Shown here in pieces: positions 38,260-48,578 of a DNA stretch of 64,000 bases. The stretch spans positions 1 through 64,000 of the forward strand of contig JAPDJY010000030.1 in the NCBI GenBank assembly GCA_029258835.1, in the 5' to 3' direction. Every line of letters starts with the position of its first letter. The stretch's first letter is position 1. This DNA is from Thermoproteota archaeon. Lineage in GTDB: Archaea; Asgardarchaeota; Jordiarchaeia; Jordiarchaeales; Freyrarchaeaceae. The notes beneath the pieces are model-generated. The model searched no databases. It was not told the origin of the DNA and saw only the letters and a program-made list of their open reading frames with translations. The position numbers and the translations under genes were made by a program.

Positions 38260-39057
38260 ATGTCCTCTGACTTTGAAAGAGCCTTGGAAGAATGCTTAAA
38301 ACCTTTAAAAATATTCGATAACTATGAAGCTTGGCTCGCTTGGTTTAAGGGCGCAGAAGCCAGAGCAAACCTTTACTTATCAAAAATTAAAATGTTCACC
38401 AAGAACTTGTCTGGTCTAAGAGCTCTTGATGTAGGCTGTGGAGTTGGTGGAGTATGCTCTGCCTTAGCAAAACTCTCTAATCATATGGTTGGAGTCGAAA
38501 TAAATGAAGTTCTGCTTCCATTAGCAAAACTTAACGTTGAAAATTCACTTCATGAATCAAGTAGCGTAGACTTTGTTTTAGCTAGTGGATTAAACCTGCC
38601 TTTCAGAGAAAACAGTTTTGACTTAGTCCTCTGTAATGACGTTCTAGAGCATGTAAGCGATAAAGAGAAGCTTATCAAAGAAATCTTTTCGGTTCTTAGG
38701 AAAGATGGCCACCTCTTCCTTACAACACCTAACAGGCTATATCCCATAGAACCGCATACTGGTATGATAGGTGTAACCTTAATACCTAGAAGACTAGCTA
38801 ACAAACTAGCCTCGTATAAGTTTGGCTTTAAAATGGATCTACCGGATCTTATAACATATAAACACTTGGTAGCTTTAATTAAATCAAACGGCTTTAAGTT
38901 CATCATAAACCATCCTAAGTGGCTAACTTATGACAACGTAAAAATAATAAATCATGGCATCATGAAACGTCTTCTAAAATCTAGAGCGTTCACATGGATG
39001 CTTGCCCTATTCTCTCCCCTCTTCACCGCATTATGTAAAAAGCCGACCAATAAATAA
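38260..39057 (+). CDS. Class I SAM-dependent methyltransferase
   Basis: LDVGCGVG, LPFRENSFDLV and DVLEHV motifs. Confidence 0.88.
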   Translation: MSSDFERALEECLKPLKIFDNYEAWLAWFKGAEARANLYLSKIKMFTKNLSGLRALDVGCGVGGVCSALAKLSNHMVGVEINEVLLPLAKLNVENSLHESSSVDFVLASGLNLPFRENSFDLVLCNDVLEHVSDKEKLIKEIFSVLRKDGHLFLTTPNRLYPIEPHTGMIGVTLIPRRLANKLASYKFGFKMDLPDLITYKHLVALIKSNGFKFIINHPKWLTYDNVKIINHGIMKRLLKSRAFTWMLALFSPLFTALCKKPTNK

Positions 39058-39391
39058 AAGAGAAAAAGAAAAGTTGAAAAGTAATCCGAGAACAAGCAAT
39101 CATTTCTTAGCTAATCCGTTATTTTTGACATAAATTGTTCCTTCAAGTAACTGAAAATTTCTTTCTCCCTTACCGGAGGTCTCTCAGGGAAACTGATGTT
39201 CCTGAAAGGATGCTCCTGAAATAACCATCACATCTCCTGAGCTAGAGGCAGCTTCCCATCCAAACTTGAACACTTACATATCGAAGACTTGCCTTATCAG
39301 GCAATTATAACACAAAAGCTACTCTTAAAAAAAGGAAGTTTTTTATCAGAAACCAGCTTGTTCCTTTTTTACGAGAAGCTCCGCTTTCTTT

Positions 39392-39763
39392 CTATATTTC
39401 TCCAACAAATGCCGGTGTTTCTGCAAGGTAAATTATTGGTATAAATCTCGCTTTTGGATCAACTTCCACTGCCTTAACGAATTCTATTTTTTCCTCTTGA
39501 TGGCCAATGTAACGTATAAAATTGCCTTTCGGAGGCTCATCATCCACTACGTATACGAAGAATGGCAACCCTCTAAGCTCGTAATATCCAGGAAAACTTC
39601 CTATTAGTGCACCGTAAACGTGTTTTCCCTCTTTCTCAAAGTAAAACATGTATGTTCCCCTTTCTCTACCCCAAGCGACGAGCAGCCTGATCAAATCCGT
39701 CAGGCTTCTAAGACGTAACGAAACTGCAGGTCTTATTTTCCTCTCAACAATTCCTTCTTCCAA
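39392..39763 (-). CDS. Hypothetical protein
   Basis: Coding-like ORF in a run of - strand genes. TTG start follows a GGGGGAG RBS; start uncertain. Confidence 0.65.
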   Translation of the reverse strand: MEEGIVERKIRPAVSLRLRSLTDLIRLLVAWGRERGTYMFYFEKEGKHVYGALIGSFPGYYELRGLPFFVYVVDDEPPKGNFIRYIGHQEEKIEFVKAVEVDPKARFIPIIYLAETPAFVGEI

Positions 39764-39789
39764 GCATCTCCCCCTTCCCCTCTTTAGCG

Positions 39790-40281
39790 TTACCTCTTTA
39801 GCGTTACGGTTTTCACGCATGTTGAATCTGGTGTTGGCGGTTTAACCAGTTTAACATCCACGTTTGGACTCACTTCAAGAGCCATGGCTTTAACCATTGG
39901 GAAACAAATTGTCGAACAGGGGTTGTCCTTTCCTTTGAAAGCCTCGTAGAGTGGGCAGTATATGTGAATAAACCTGTACGTGTTCTCCCCCTCAGCTTCA
40001 CACCTCATTTTCATTCCTGTTAAATTCCCTGCTATTCTCCATGCTTCAGCAACGTCCTTTAAACCGTCGCCGACGCCTAACCGTTCACGCAATACCCTTG
40101 CCTGCTCTTTCCCTTGCCTCTCGAAAACGGCAACTAAAGCCTTCCTTCCCTCTTCCCCAAACCTATCAATTACCTCGTTCGTTAAATCAGCGATAGCATT
40201 CATTAAACTTTCTTGGACGAGCTTCAGCTTCACCCCCCCAGGTAATAAATTGAAGAGTGCCAGCATCTTAGCTACTTTCAT
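39790..40281 (-). CDS. Hypothetical V4R / ATC-hydrolase-like small-ligand-binding protein
   Basis: CPLYEAF...C...C...C pattern typical of the L-2-amino-thiazoline-4-carboxylate hydrolase-like family. Confidence 0.6.
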   Translation of the reverse strand: MKVAKMLALFNLLPGGVKLKLVQESLMNAIADLTNEVIDRFGEEGRKALVAVFERQGKEQARVLRERLGVGDGLKDVAEAWRIAGNLTGMKMRCEAEGENTYRFIHIYCPLYEAFKGKDNPCSTICFPMVKAMALEVSPNVDVKLVKPPTPDSTCVKTVTLKR

Positions 40282-40522
40282 CCTTCTCTCCCCCAGAGCA
40301 GATACAAGTCATAGTCTCCATAACTCCCTCCATCTGCCTAATAACCCCAAAAACGAAATCGTCAAGTTCCTCCACGTTCTTCACACTTACCTTAAGAATT
40401 ATATCATAAATTCCATATACAAGGTCCGCACAGTCCACGTTGTTAAGCTCCCTCAACTTTGAAAGGACTGGCTTTTCGTGTCCAGATGCCACTTTAATCA
40501 ACACATACGCATTCAACACCAC
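40268..40522 (-). CDS. Stand-alone Lrp/AsnC ligand-binding (RAM) domain protein
   Basis: AYVLIKV...VYGIYDIILKV...IRQMEGVMETMT. Confidence 0.85.
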   Translation of the reverse strand: MVLNAYVLIKVASGHEKPVLSKLRELNNVDCADLVYGIYDIILKVSVKNVEELDDFVFGVIRQMEGVMETMTCICSGGEKDESS

Positions 40523-40689
40523 CCTATCTCCCTCCAAGTACCAATGAAAAGACGGCAATGGTTAGAGGTGCTCCATAAACCATATAAATCTTTTTCAACA
40601 GCTCTTCTACCCACCCAATAAAACAGTCAATCAAATATCTAAAAATCTCCTTTCCTTCATCTTTTCCTTTTTCTTATTAAAGGAAGCTG

Positions 40690-41019
40690 TTAAGATGCTA
40701 ACTTCACAATCGGAATACCTTTCCGCCCCTCTATTTTCTCTTTCTTTTCTTCTTTTTCATGCCCTTTATGTTCCTTCAATTGTTCTTCTTCGATCACCTC
40801 TTCACCATCTCCTTCTTTAACCCTGCAATCATTAATATTACATATTTTTTCCGTTCCCTCCTCTTCCTCGTTTTTTAGTATCTTAAATCCATAAGTCTCT
40901 TGGATCAGTACACTAATTTGTTCCTCCACTCTCTTAAGCCTTCGATCTATGTTCGAGATCTCCTCAATCAAAAGTTTTATAACACCTCCATCCACCTTGC
41001 TTCGCCCTAATTTTACCAT
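40690..41019 (-). CDS. Hypothetical acidic protein with a short coiled coil
   Basis: ATG follows GAGGAGG; charged composition. Confidence 0.6.
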   Translation of the reverse strand: MVKLGRSKVDGGVIKLLIEEISNIDRRLKRVEEQISVLIQETYGFKILKNEEEEGTEKICNINDCRVKEGDGEEVIEEEQLKEHKGHEKEEKKEKIEGRKGIPIVKLAS

Positions 41020-41067
41020 GTGCAGCCCTCCTCAAAGGTGGCTTAGACATGGTTGAAAGATAAAAAT

Positions 41068-42450
41068 TTATGTGATACCTGTATTCCACATTCTCATGTC
41101 TCTCCGTCCCGCCCTAGCAAAACAGTATGTAAAAGTAAGAATCCAGAGTATTGCCGTTACCACCACAGCTAGGCTACTGTAAATTGTTAATTCTTTTATT
41201 TGCTTTATTAGGTAGACAGCTAAAGCAAAAGCTGCTTTCATCCCCGTTCCCCAGTACACGCACAACATCACTCTAGGAAGCTCATAGTAAGGTATGTATA
41301 CGTTCAATATGTAACCAATGTTAGCCATGGTAAATATTAAAGACGGCTTGCTCGCTAGAAATCCCAGAACTACTGGTGTAAGAATTTTAGGTAGTATTGC
41401 AAGCGTCCTCAACTGTCCCCCTGTAACCATGTCAACTCCTAAAAACCCTCCAGCGATTAGAAGTCCTATAAGCGACGGGTTAACCCCCCTCCCCCTCCTA
41501 ACCCCCCTCACCATACATATCAATGTAACCAGCGAAATTATTCCTAGACAGACGTAATTAACATAATCGTAGAGAAACCGTGGGTTGCTACCCCAGACGA
41601 CGTAGTATGGCGGCCAACCGGGAATGTAAATGTATGGCAACCCTACATATGCGAGGAGTAGGAAGGCGGCTGCTTCAAAGAGGGCTATGGCCCTATAGGG
41701 AGGCTTTGTTATAGCTACCCCGAACGTTTTAGCTTCAAACTCTGCTGCTCCCGCAAAGATCAGCCATATGACCGATCCTAAAGCCAACGCGTCCACTATG
41801 CACATGGAAAGCGTGTACGTAACGACCATATTGTTTACCCATGAATCCCAGAGCCAATTTGCGAAAAAAACGTGGATCCCCTCTAAATAGTAAAGGGCAG
41901 CAAGGTAAACTGGTATTCCACATATTAACGTAAAGACGGTTAATGCGGTAATCCCCCGAACAACTCGCCCTTGCCTCCAAAACCATCTACTAGTATTAAG
42001 CGCCCTCCCAGCTAGAATAACCCCCGCCAGAATGCTCAAAACTGGAGATAGGGTTGGAAGCACGAAGAAGCAAAATAAGAGTAACGTGTTAAATCCATAA
42101 AATATCCTATAACGTAAAGGCACTATAGTCGTAGTATTATCTAGTACTTCAAACGTTTTAAGCAGCCTTTCACGGCTTAAAACAATAAACAGAAACCAAG
42201 GGAGCGAAAAGAATAAGGGTATAAGAAAATAATTAACGGTTACCATCCAAGGATTTTCAGCTTCAAAACTCTGCAGGAAAACGTGGAGAACAGGATAATT
42301 GAAAATAACAATGTCGCTAAAGGGATATGGCAGCAACTTTACCGGTGATAAGATAAAAAGAAGTAAAAAGTATAGCGGGATGAAGACAACTAGTAAAAAT
42401 AGGAGTAATCGTGAAAGGAGGACGCCACCAATCCTGAAACTCAATGACAT
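41068..42450 (-). CDS. Hypothetical polytopic membrane protein
   Basis: About 10 or more hydrophobic segments; no family motif recognised. Confidence 0.7.
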   Translation of the reverse strand: MSLSFRIGGVLLSRLLLFLLVVFIPLYFLLLFILSPVKLLPYPFSDIVIFNYPVLHVFLQSFEAENPWMVTVNYFLIPLFFSLPWFLFIVLSRERLLKTFEVLDNTTTIVPLRYRIFYGFNTLLLFCFFVLPTLSPVLSILAGVILAGRALNTSRWFWRQGRVVRGITALTVFTLICGIPVYLAALYYLEGIHVFFANWLWDSWVNNMVVTYTLSMCIVDALALGSVIWLIFAGAAEFEAKTFGVAITKPPYRAIALFEAAAFLLLAYVGLPYIYIPGWPPYYVVWGSNPRFLYDYVNYVCLGIISLVTLICMVRGVRRGRGVNPSLIGLLIAGGFLGVDMVTGGQLRTLAILPKILTPVVLGFLASKPSLIFTMANIGYILNVYIPYYELPRVMLCVYWGTGMKAAFALAVYLIKQIKELTIYSSLAVVVTAILWILTFTYCFARAGRRDMRMWNTGIT

Positions 42451-42720
42451 ACCCCCTTAATCAAAACATCACCGTTAACTTTCTCTCCTTTTTTTATCAC
42501 ACTTCGTTTTAATGTACTTATCTCTCTTACATTTTTCTCCTTTCTATTACCTTTAACTTACTTAAAGTCAAAGGGAACGCGCTCACACGCTAAATTTAGT
42601 AAGAAAAGTCAACTCTGATAACTCACAAGGATGACTCATGTTACTTAACTATTCATCTTTCGGTTACAAAAACAAAGAAATAAAAGGAGACAAGGTAAAT
42701 AGTCCTAAAGGGGAGGGTAC

Positions 42721-43203
42721 GTGTTGAATGAATTGAAGGAACAAGTAAAACGCTATTTGAATCTTTGCAAGGAATACATAAAAATGGTTACCATGAAAGA
42801 ACCTGAAATAAAGAATTGGAAAGGCGATCTTATCGACGGATATAATGCACTCTGGGATACGATCCTGTCCTACCTAGATGATTTAAGAGAATACATAGAA
42901 GCACGTAAAAAGGTGATAAGTGAATTTGAGGCTCATCTCTTCTGGATGAAGCAGCTTCTTGAAACAAACAATGTAGGTGACGCTTCCTTTTATCTTAAGC
43001 AGGCAATGGAAGACTTAGTTGACATGAAAAGCGCCGCTACTATAGAGAAGGAGGTTGCAGAGAGGATCGAAGAACAAACTCAATTCATACTGAAGTTGAT
43101 GGAGGGCGTCAAGGCTACTAAGAGGCGCGTAGAGCTATTTGAAAAATATTATCCGCAACTTGAAAAGATGCTTGAAAAAATGATATGCATGCTTAAAGGG
43201 TAA
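42721..43203 (+). CDS. Hypothetical helical protein
   Basis: Amphipathic helical pattern; GGGAGG RBS. Confidence 0.65.
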   Translation: MLNELKEQVKRYLNLCKEYIKMVTMKEPEIKNWKGDLIDGYNALWDTILSYLDDLREYIEARKKVISEFEAHLFWMKQLLETNNVGDASFYLKQAMEDLVDMKSAATIEKEVAERIEEQTQFILKLMEGVKATKRRVELFEKYYPQLEKMLEKMICMLKG

Positions 43204-43208
43204 ATATC

Positions 43209-44012
43209 TCATACTCTTCGGAGTGCTTCATTAACTTCCCGCCTAATACGTTCAGCGGCTTTCCTCGGATCCCTCGCCTCATAAATCATCCTGCCAACGA
43301 TCGCGTAATCCGCTCCTGATCTGAACACACGGGCAATTCTCCCTCCCTGAACACCTATTCCCGGGCTGAAGATTAGCTGGTTTCCTCGTAAAACTTCCCT
43401 AACTCTCTCTATTACTTCAGGATTAGTTGCGCCGACGATGACTCCATCGGCCCCCCACTCAACAGCTTTCCTAGCGAAGAGAAAATATTGTGGAACGGCC
43501 TCTTTCTCATTTACAATCACCATCCGTCCATACCCTTCCTTAGCGCCTAAATGTGACATGTATACTAAAAGAATAACTCCTCTCCCTCTTTTTTGAGCCT
43601 CATCGAAAACCCCTTTCAGAGCCCCCTCCCATCCGACGAACGGGTTAACTATAACCGCATCGAATCCCCCATCAAAGAAGTGTCGAGCCGCCCACTTATT
43701 AGTATGTTCAACATCGTTCAGCTTACAATCCATAATTGTCACCAATCCATGTTCCTCAGCATCCTCGATTACCAGTTGTAAAAGGTCAAATAGCCCTAAA
43801 GGAAGAAGCAACTGGTAATTAACCTTCAATGCGGCTATAAAATCTGCAACTTCACGTAAAATGAACCGGGCATCGTTAAGAATTCTTAACCTGTCCTTTT
43901 GCCCTCTAACCTGAACTGAATGGTCCAAGGCAAACACTATACGGCTATCCTTTTCTTCCGAGGCCCTTTTTAGCTTCTCTAGAAATTTCACGCTCAATCC
44001 TTCCCAACCCAC
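43209..44012 (-). CDS. pyrF: Orotidine-5'-phosphate decarboxylase
   Basis: ALD, DCKLNDVEHT, VGAT, SPGIGVQGG and IVGRMIY motifs. Confidence 0.92.
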   Translation of the reverse strand: MGWEGLSVKFLEKLKRASEEKDSRIVFALDHSVQVRGQKDRLRILNDARFILREVADFIAALKVNYQLLLPLGLFDLLQLVIEDAEEHGLVTIMDCKLNDVEHTNKWAARHFFDGGFDAVIVNPFVGWEGALKGVFDEAQKRGRGVILLVYMSHLGAKEGYGRMVIVNEKEAVPQYFLFARKAVEWGADGVIVGATNPEVIERVREVLRGNQLIFSPGIGVQGGRIARVFRSGADYAIVGRMIYEARDPRKAAERIRREVNEALRRV

Positions 44013-44028
44013 ACATTAAGATCTTTAG

Positions 44029-44481
44029 CTAGTAAATTAGCTCGAGTATCTTCTCAATAACTTTAGGGAGTGCGGCCTCAACTTCCCTCGAAAGCGAAGT
44101 ACTCATTTTATTGTACTCCTTCGGTTCGACACCTACTACAATTACTTCAGGCAAAATGTTTAGCTCCTCCGCCACCTCCATTAACGTGTAAAGGTTCATC
44201 TCATGTAGAGAAGCTAAAACCCGTACTTCTTCTCTCTCAAGCTGGCTAGGGTTAATAACGTAAACATCACCCGGTTCCCCTCCCCCCAAAGCAGCGTCAA
44301 CCACAATAACTCTATCTGCCTTCTCAAAAAATTCCAGAAGCGCCACTCCACCTGTTCCTCCATCAATCACTTCAACGTCCTCCGGGAGCTTAAGCTCCAT
44401 TAACTTCTTCACGACATGTACACCTACCCCCTCGTCTCCAAAAAGATAGTTTCCAACTCCTATTACGAAGGTCTTACCCAA
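44029..44481 (-). CDS. Hydrogenase maturation protease
   Basis: GVGNYLFGDEGVG, DGGTGG, VVDAA and SLHE motifs. Confidence 0.9.
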   Translation of the reverse strand: MGKTFVIGVGNYLFGDEGVGVHVVKKLMELKLPEDVEVIDGGTGGVALLEFFEKADRVIVVDAALGGGEPGDVYVINPSQLEREEVRVLASLHEMNLYTLMEVAEELNILPEVIVVGVEPKEYNKMSTSLSREVEAALPKVIEKILELIY

Positions 44482-44634
44482 GTTTCTCCCTCCTCCAACA
44501 TACTTAACTCCCAATTAGTTCCCTGCCTTATTTTAGAAATAATAGCTCCATTTACATCATTTCAGACTTTAAAAATAAAAATTCCTCATTATTTCCTTTC
44601 TTTATGCTTGTATTCTACTTCCTCTGACCCCTAC

Positions 44635-45243
44635 CTAGTCTTCTATAGTTTTCCTAAGGAACAGAGCATGGATCCTCGTATCCTCTGCGAGCTCGGGATG
44701 GAACGATGTAGCTATGACCTTTCCCTGACGTGCCCCTACAATGTTTCCCTTCCAGCTACATAGGATCTCCGCTTCTCCATCCACTTCTAGGATCACGGGT
44801 GCCCTGATGAAAACTCCTTTAAACGTACCTCCTATTAACGGTATTTCAATCTCTGCTTCAAACGACTCTCTTTGCCTTCCAAAGAAGTTCCTTTCTACAA
44901 CTGCATTCAGAATTCCCACTCTGGGCTGTTGAACTTCTCCCAACACTCTATCCCTTATTTTTTTGGCTAGCACGATTAAGCCTGCACACGTCCCGAGGAT
45001 AGCTATACTCCTCCATGCTTTCCTTAGAAAACGTGAAATCCCCGTTCTCTCCATCATACTACCTATTACAGTACTTTCCCCTCCGGGAATTATGAGTCCA
45101 TTAACCTCTTCCAATTCTTCCTCTTTCTTGACGATGACCACCTCGCCTCTAATTCCTTCTTTGCTCATAGCCTCCCTTACGGCGTGGACATGTTCCTCAA
45201 TTGCCCCTTGGAACCCTAACACTCCTATGGTAGCCTTCCTCAA
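44635..45243 (-). CDS. pdxT: Pyridoxal 5'-phosphate synthase glutaminase subunit
   Basis: [29 protein letters not shown] and FHPEL motifs. Confidence 0.95.
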   Translation of the reverse strand: MRKATIGVLGFQGAIEEHVHAVREAMSKEGIRGEVVIVKKEEELEEVNGLIIPGGESTVIGSMMERTGISRFLRKAWRSIAILGTCAGLIVLAKKIRDRVLGEVQQPRVGILNAVVERNFFGRQRESFEAEIEIPLIGGTFKGVFIRAPVILEVDGEAEILCSWKGNIVGARQGKVIATSFHPELAEDTRIHALFLRKTIED

Positions 45244-46166
45244 GCCCTAGCCCCTCTCTCCTGCATTCTAAGCTCTAAGGTTTTAATGTCCATTCCAACC
45301 ATAGACTTTTTCTCGTCAATCATTTTCTGTGCCTCTGCTACCGTCTCAGGGTCATCCCAGAAGGTAGTAGCCAAAACGATAGCCCTAGCTCTCTCCATAG
45401 GGTCTTCTGACTTAAATATCCCTGACCCTACAAATATGCCATCGCATCCGAGAGACATCATGAACGCGGCATCTGCGGGAGTAGCTATCCCCCCAGCGGC
45501 AAAGTTGACAACCGGAAGCCTTCCAAGCCTTCCAACTTCGGAGACCAGCTCATAGGACACTTTAAGCTCACGGCTTATCCGGATAATCTCCTGCCAATCT
45601 TCCTCTTCAACTATAGCTTTCAACCGTCTCATTTCAGCCGTCATAAGCCTCATGTGTCTTACCGCCTCAGCAACGTTCCCGGTTCCAGCCTCCCCCTTAG
45701 TCCTTATCATTGAGGCTCCCTCTTCGATCCTTCGTAAAGCTTCTCCAAGATTCCTTGCTCCATTAACAAATGGAACTTTAAAATCCCACTTCCAAATATG
45801 TCTCTCCTCGTCGGCCGGCGTCAATACTTCTGACTCGTCTATAGCATCAACACCTATCGCCTCTAAGATTTTAGCCTCATAAACATGTCCTATCCTACAC
45901 TTAGCCATAACCGGAATCGAAACATGATCCATTATTTCCTCTATAACCTTCAAACTTGCAGTTCTAGCGACTCCTCCAGCCTTCCTTACATCGTAAGGCA
46001 ACTTGTCAAGTGCCATTACCGCTACAGCTCCCGCCTCCTCTGCGATCTGAGCCTGCTCAACATTAGTAACATCCATAATGACCCCGTGCTTCTGCATTTG
46101 CATAAATCCCCTCTTAACGCGAACCGTTCCTTCAACAAATTCCCCTTCCAAAAACTCCACCTCCAA
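45240..46166 (-). CDS. pdxS: Pyridoxal 5'-phosphate synthase lyase subunit
   Basis: [25 protein letters not shown] and [13 protein letters not shown] motifs. Confidence 0.96.
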   Translation of the reverse strand: MEVEFLEGEFVEGTVRVKRGFMQMQKHGVIMDVTNVEQAQIAEEAGAVAVMALDKLPYDVRKAGGVARTASLKVIEEIMDHVSIPVMAKCRIGHVYEAKILEAIGVDAIDESEVLTPADEERHIWKWDFKVPFVNGARNLGEALRRIEEGASMIRTKGEAGTGNVAEAVRHMRLMTAEMRRLKAIVEEEDWQEIIRISRELKVSYELVSEVGRLGRLPVVNFAAGGIATPADAAFMMSLGCDGIFVGSGIFKSEDPMERARAIVLATTFWDDPETVAEAQKMIDEKKSMVGMDIKTLELRMQERGARA

Positions 46167-46309
46167 CTCGTGTTAAACCTTACTCAAGATTTAACTTGAA
46201 TATATTTATGTTTTTCCATAGGCATGTACCCTTTCTCTTTAAACGCTAAAGCCTTTTAAGCAACCAGCAAATTTTATTCTTGTAAAGGAGCTGCCGGGAG
46301 AGGGTATAC

Positions 46310-48310
46310 TTGATATCCTCATGTGAGAAACTTTTTGAACCCCTAACTGTAAAAGGGATGACCTTACGTAACAGAGTTGTTATGCCCGCAGTACAACTTG
46401 GGTACTGTGAAAACGGCTTTGTCACCCAGAAGCTAATAGATTTTTATGTTGAACGGGCAAAAAATCAGGTAGCCCTCATAATAGTCGGAGGATGCTACAT
46501 AAACCAAGTCGCTATGGGCGTACCGACAATGGTAGGGATTTCCGATGATAAGTTCATTCCCGGGCTTAAAAAACTTACAAGTGCAGTTAAAGCTCATGGT
46601 GCAAAGATCGCCGCCCAGCTCTACCACTCCGGAAGGTATGCCTTCTCAATGGTGATAGGGACGAGGGCGCTTGCCCCGTCATCAATAAGGTCAAGGCTAA
46701 CCAAGGAAATCCCAAAAAACATGACTCTCGAAGAAATAGAGAAAACCATAGACGACTATGGAGAAGCCGCTAGACGAGCTAAGGAAGCAGGATTTGACGC
46801 AGTTGAAATATTGTCTTCAGCCGGCTACTTAATTGGGCAGTTCCTCTCCCCCCTAACAAACAGAAGACGAGACAAGTACGGTGGAACCCTCAGGCGACGC
46901 ATGAACTTCGCGCTTGAAGTCGTGGAACGAGTAAGAGAAGCCGTCGGCCCAAACTTCCCCATTCTCTTCAGGTTAAGCGGCGACGACTTCATGAAGGGGA
47001 GCAACGACTTCCACGAAGCAAAAGTGGTAGCTGCAAAGCTTGAAGACGCAGGCGTAGACATATTAAATGTTACAGGCGGATGGCATGAAACAATGATCCC
47101 ACAGTTAACAATGAACGTTCCCAGAGGTGCATACGTATACTTAGCTGAAAACGTGAAAGACGCTGTGGACATCCCTGTAATCGCATGTAACAGAATTAAC
47201 GACCCATTATTAGCAGAGAGGATCCTAAGGCGGAAGAGGGCCGACCTCGTTGGAATAGCTCGTGGCCTTATAGCAGACCCTGAATTCGTGGTGAAAGCGG
47301 CTGAGGGGCGCTTCGACGAGATAAGACGGTGCATAGCATGTAACCAAGGATGCTTTGATAGCGTGTTCATGCTGCGCCCGGTAACATGCCTTGTAAACCC
47401 GGCTGCTGGAAGAGAGAAAGAACTTGAACTTAAACCCGCCGAAAAACCGAAGAACATTTTAATAGCTGGAGGTGGGCCTGCCGGAATGCAAGCAGCTATC
47501 ATCCTGAAAAAGCGAGGCCATAACGTTACAATATACGAGAAAACTGATAAGCTAGGAGGACAGCTTATACTGGCTGGAGTTCCGAAAGAAAGAAGGGAAT
47601 TCAGAACATTTGTAGAATACCTCCGCAGGCAAGTCGAACTACTGGGCATAAAGGTCGTGTTCAATACGGAAGTAACACCGGAACTCGTAGAGCAAGTAAA
47701 ACCAGATGTGGTGATCGTGGCCACCGGGGCCAGGCCGTTAAGGCCGAACATACCTGGAATTAACAAGAAAAACGTCGTCTATGCCCATGACGTCCTCGCC
47801 GGGAAGGTGGATGTGGGAGAAAAAGTGGTGATAGTTGGCGGAGGCGGCGTCGGCTGCGAGACAGCGTTGTACCTCACCGAGGAAGGCGTAATAGACGTAG
47901 ACACGATGATATTCCTCCTTGAAAGAGGCGCGATCTCCTGTGATAGGGCGCTGAAACTTCTAAAAAAGGGCAGGGATGTAGTGCTTATTGAAATGATGGA
48001 GAAGATAGGGCGAGACATAGGTTTAACGTCCCGATGGGTTATAAATCAAAGCCTTAATATCCACGGCGTCCGAATAATAACGAATGCTAGGGTTGACGAG
48101 ATAACAGATGACGGGGTTGTAGTTAACAACGGTGAACAATTTTTCGAAGCTGACACCGTAGTCATAGCTGTTGGTGCAGAACCTAACAATGAGCTGATAA
48201 AACAACTTGAAGGGAAAGTTCCTGAAGTCTACGCAATAGGAGACTGCGTAAATCCCAGAAAAGCCCTTGAAGCAGTTCATGAAGCAACGGAGCTGGCGGT
48301 AAAAATTTAA
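46310..48310 (+). CDS. NADH:flavin oxidoreductase, 2,4-dienoyl-CoA reductase (FadH)-like
   Basis: OYE barrel (GFDAVEI...GYLIGQFLSP), CIACNQGC Fe-S motif, GGGPAG FAD-binding domain. Confidence 0.88.
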   Translation: MISSCEKLFEPLTVKGMTLRNRVVMPAVQLGYCENGFVTQKLIDFYVERAKNQVALIIVGGCYINQVAMGVPTMVGISDDKFIPGLKKLTSAVKAHGAKIAAQLYHSGRYAFSMVIGTRALAPSSIRSRLTKEIPKNMTLEEIEKTIDDYGEAARRAKEAGFDAVEILSSAGYLIGQFLSPLTNRRRDKYGGTLRRRMNFALEVVERVREAVGPNFPILFRLSGDDFMKGSNDFHEAKVVAAKLEDAGVDILNVTGGWHETMIPQLTMNVPRGAYVYLAENVKDAVDIPVIACNRINDPLLAERILRRKRADLVGIARGLIADPEFVVKAAEGRFDEIRRCIACNQGCFDSVFMLRPVTCLVNPAAGREKELELKPAEKPKNILIAGGGPAGMQAAIILKKRGHNVTIYEKTDKLGGQLILAGVPKERREFRTFVEYLRRQVELLGIKVVFNTEVTPELVEQVKPDVVIVATGARPLRPNIPGINKKNVVYAHDVLAGKVDVGEKVVIVGGGGVGCETALYLTEEGVIDVDTMIFLLERGAISCDRALKLLKKGRDVVLIEMMEKIGRDIGLTSRWVINQSLNIHGVRIITNARVDEITDDGVVVNNGEQFFEADTVVIAVGAEPNNELIKQLEGKVPEVYAIGDCVNPRKALEAVHEATELAVKI

Positions 48311-48578
48311 AAAATTTTCCTTTATTTTGCTTTTTAGCTTGTTTTAAGGAACTTCTTTTTAAGTTATAGATTTAATATTTTGGTGGGTTTGAATTTTCGG
48401 TGATTCTGTGAGAAATTCTTCTTTTGCCTTTATCGATTAAGGAGGGAAAAATTTTATTAGATGATTCTGTGAAATTATTAGTGCAGGTTTTTCTGTTTCC
48501 CACAGTTTTTCATTTAAAACAGGTCTTTTACCAGAGTATAACTTTTAAACTAAGAGCTTTCTTGAAGGAGGTGGTATA

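Noticed and set aside
46825-47766. 313-aa antisense ORF and other long shadow ORFs (e.g. 4117-4638, 23269-23850, 26215-26772)
   Set aside because: They lie entirely opposite well-supported genes and have no recognisable motifs.
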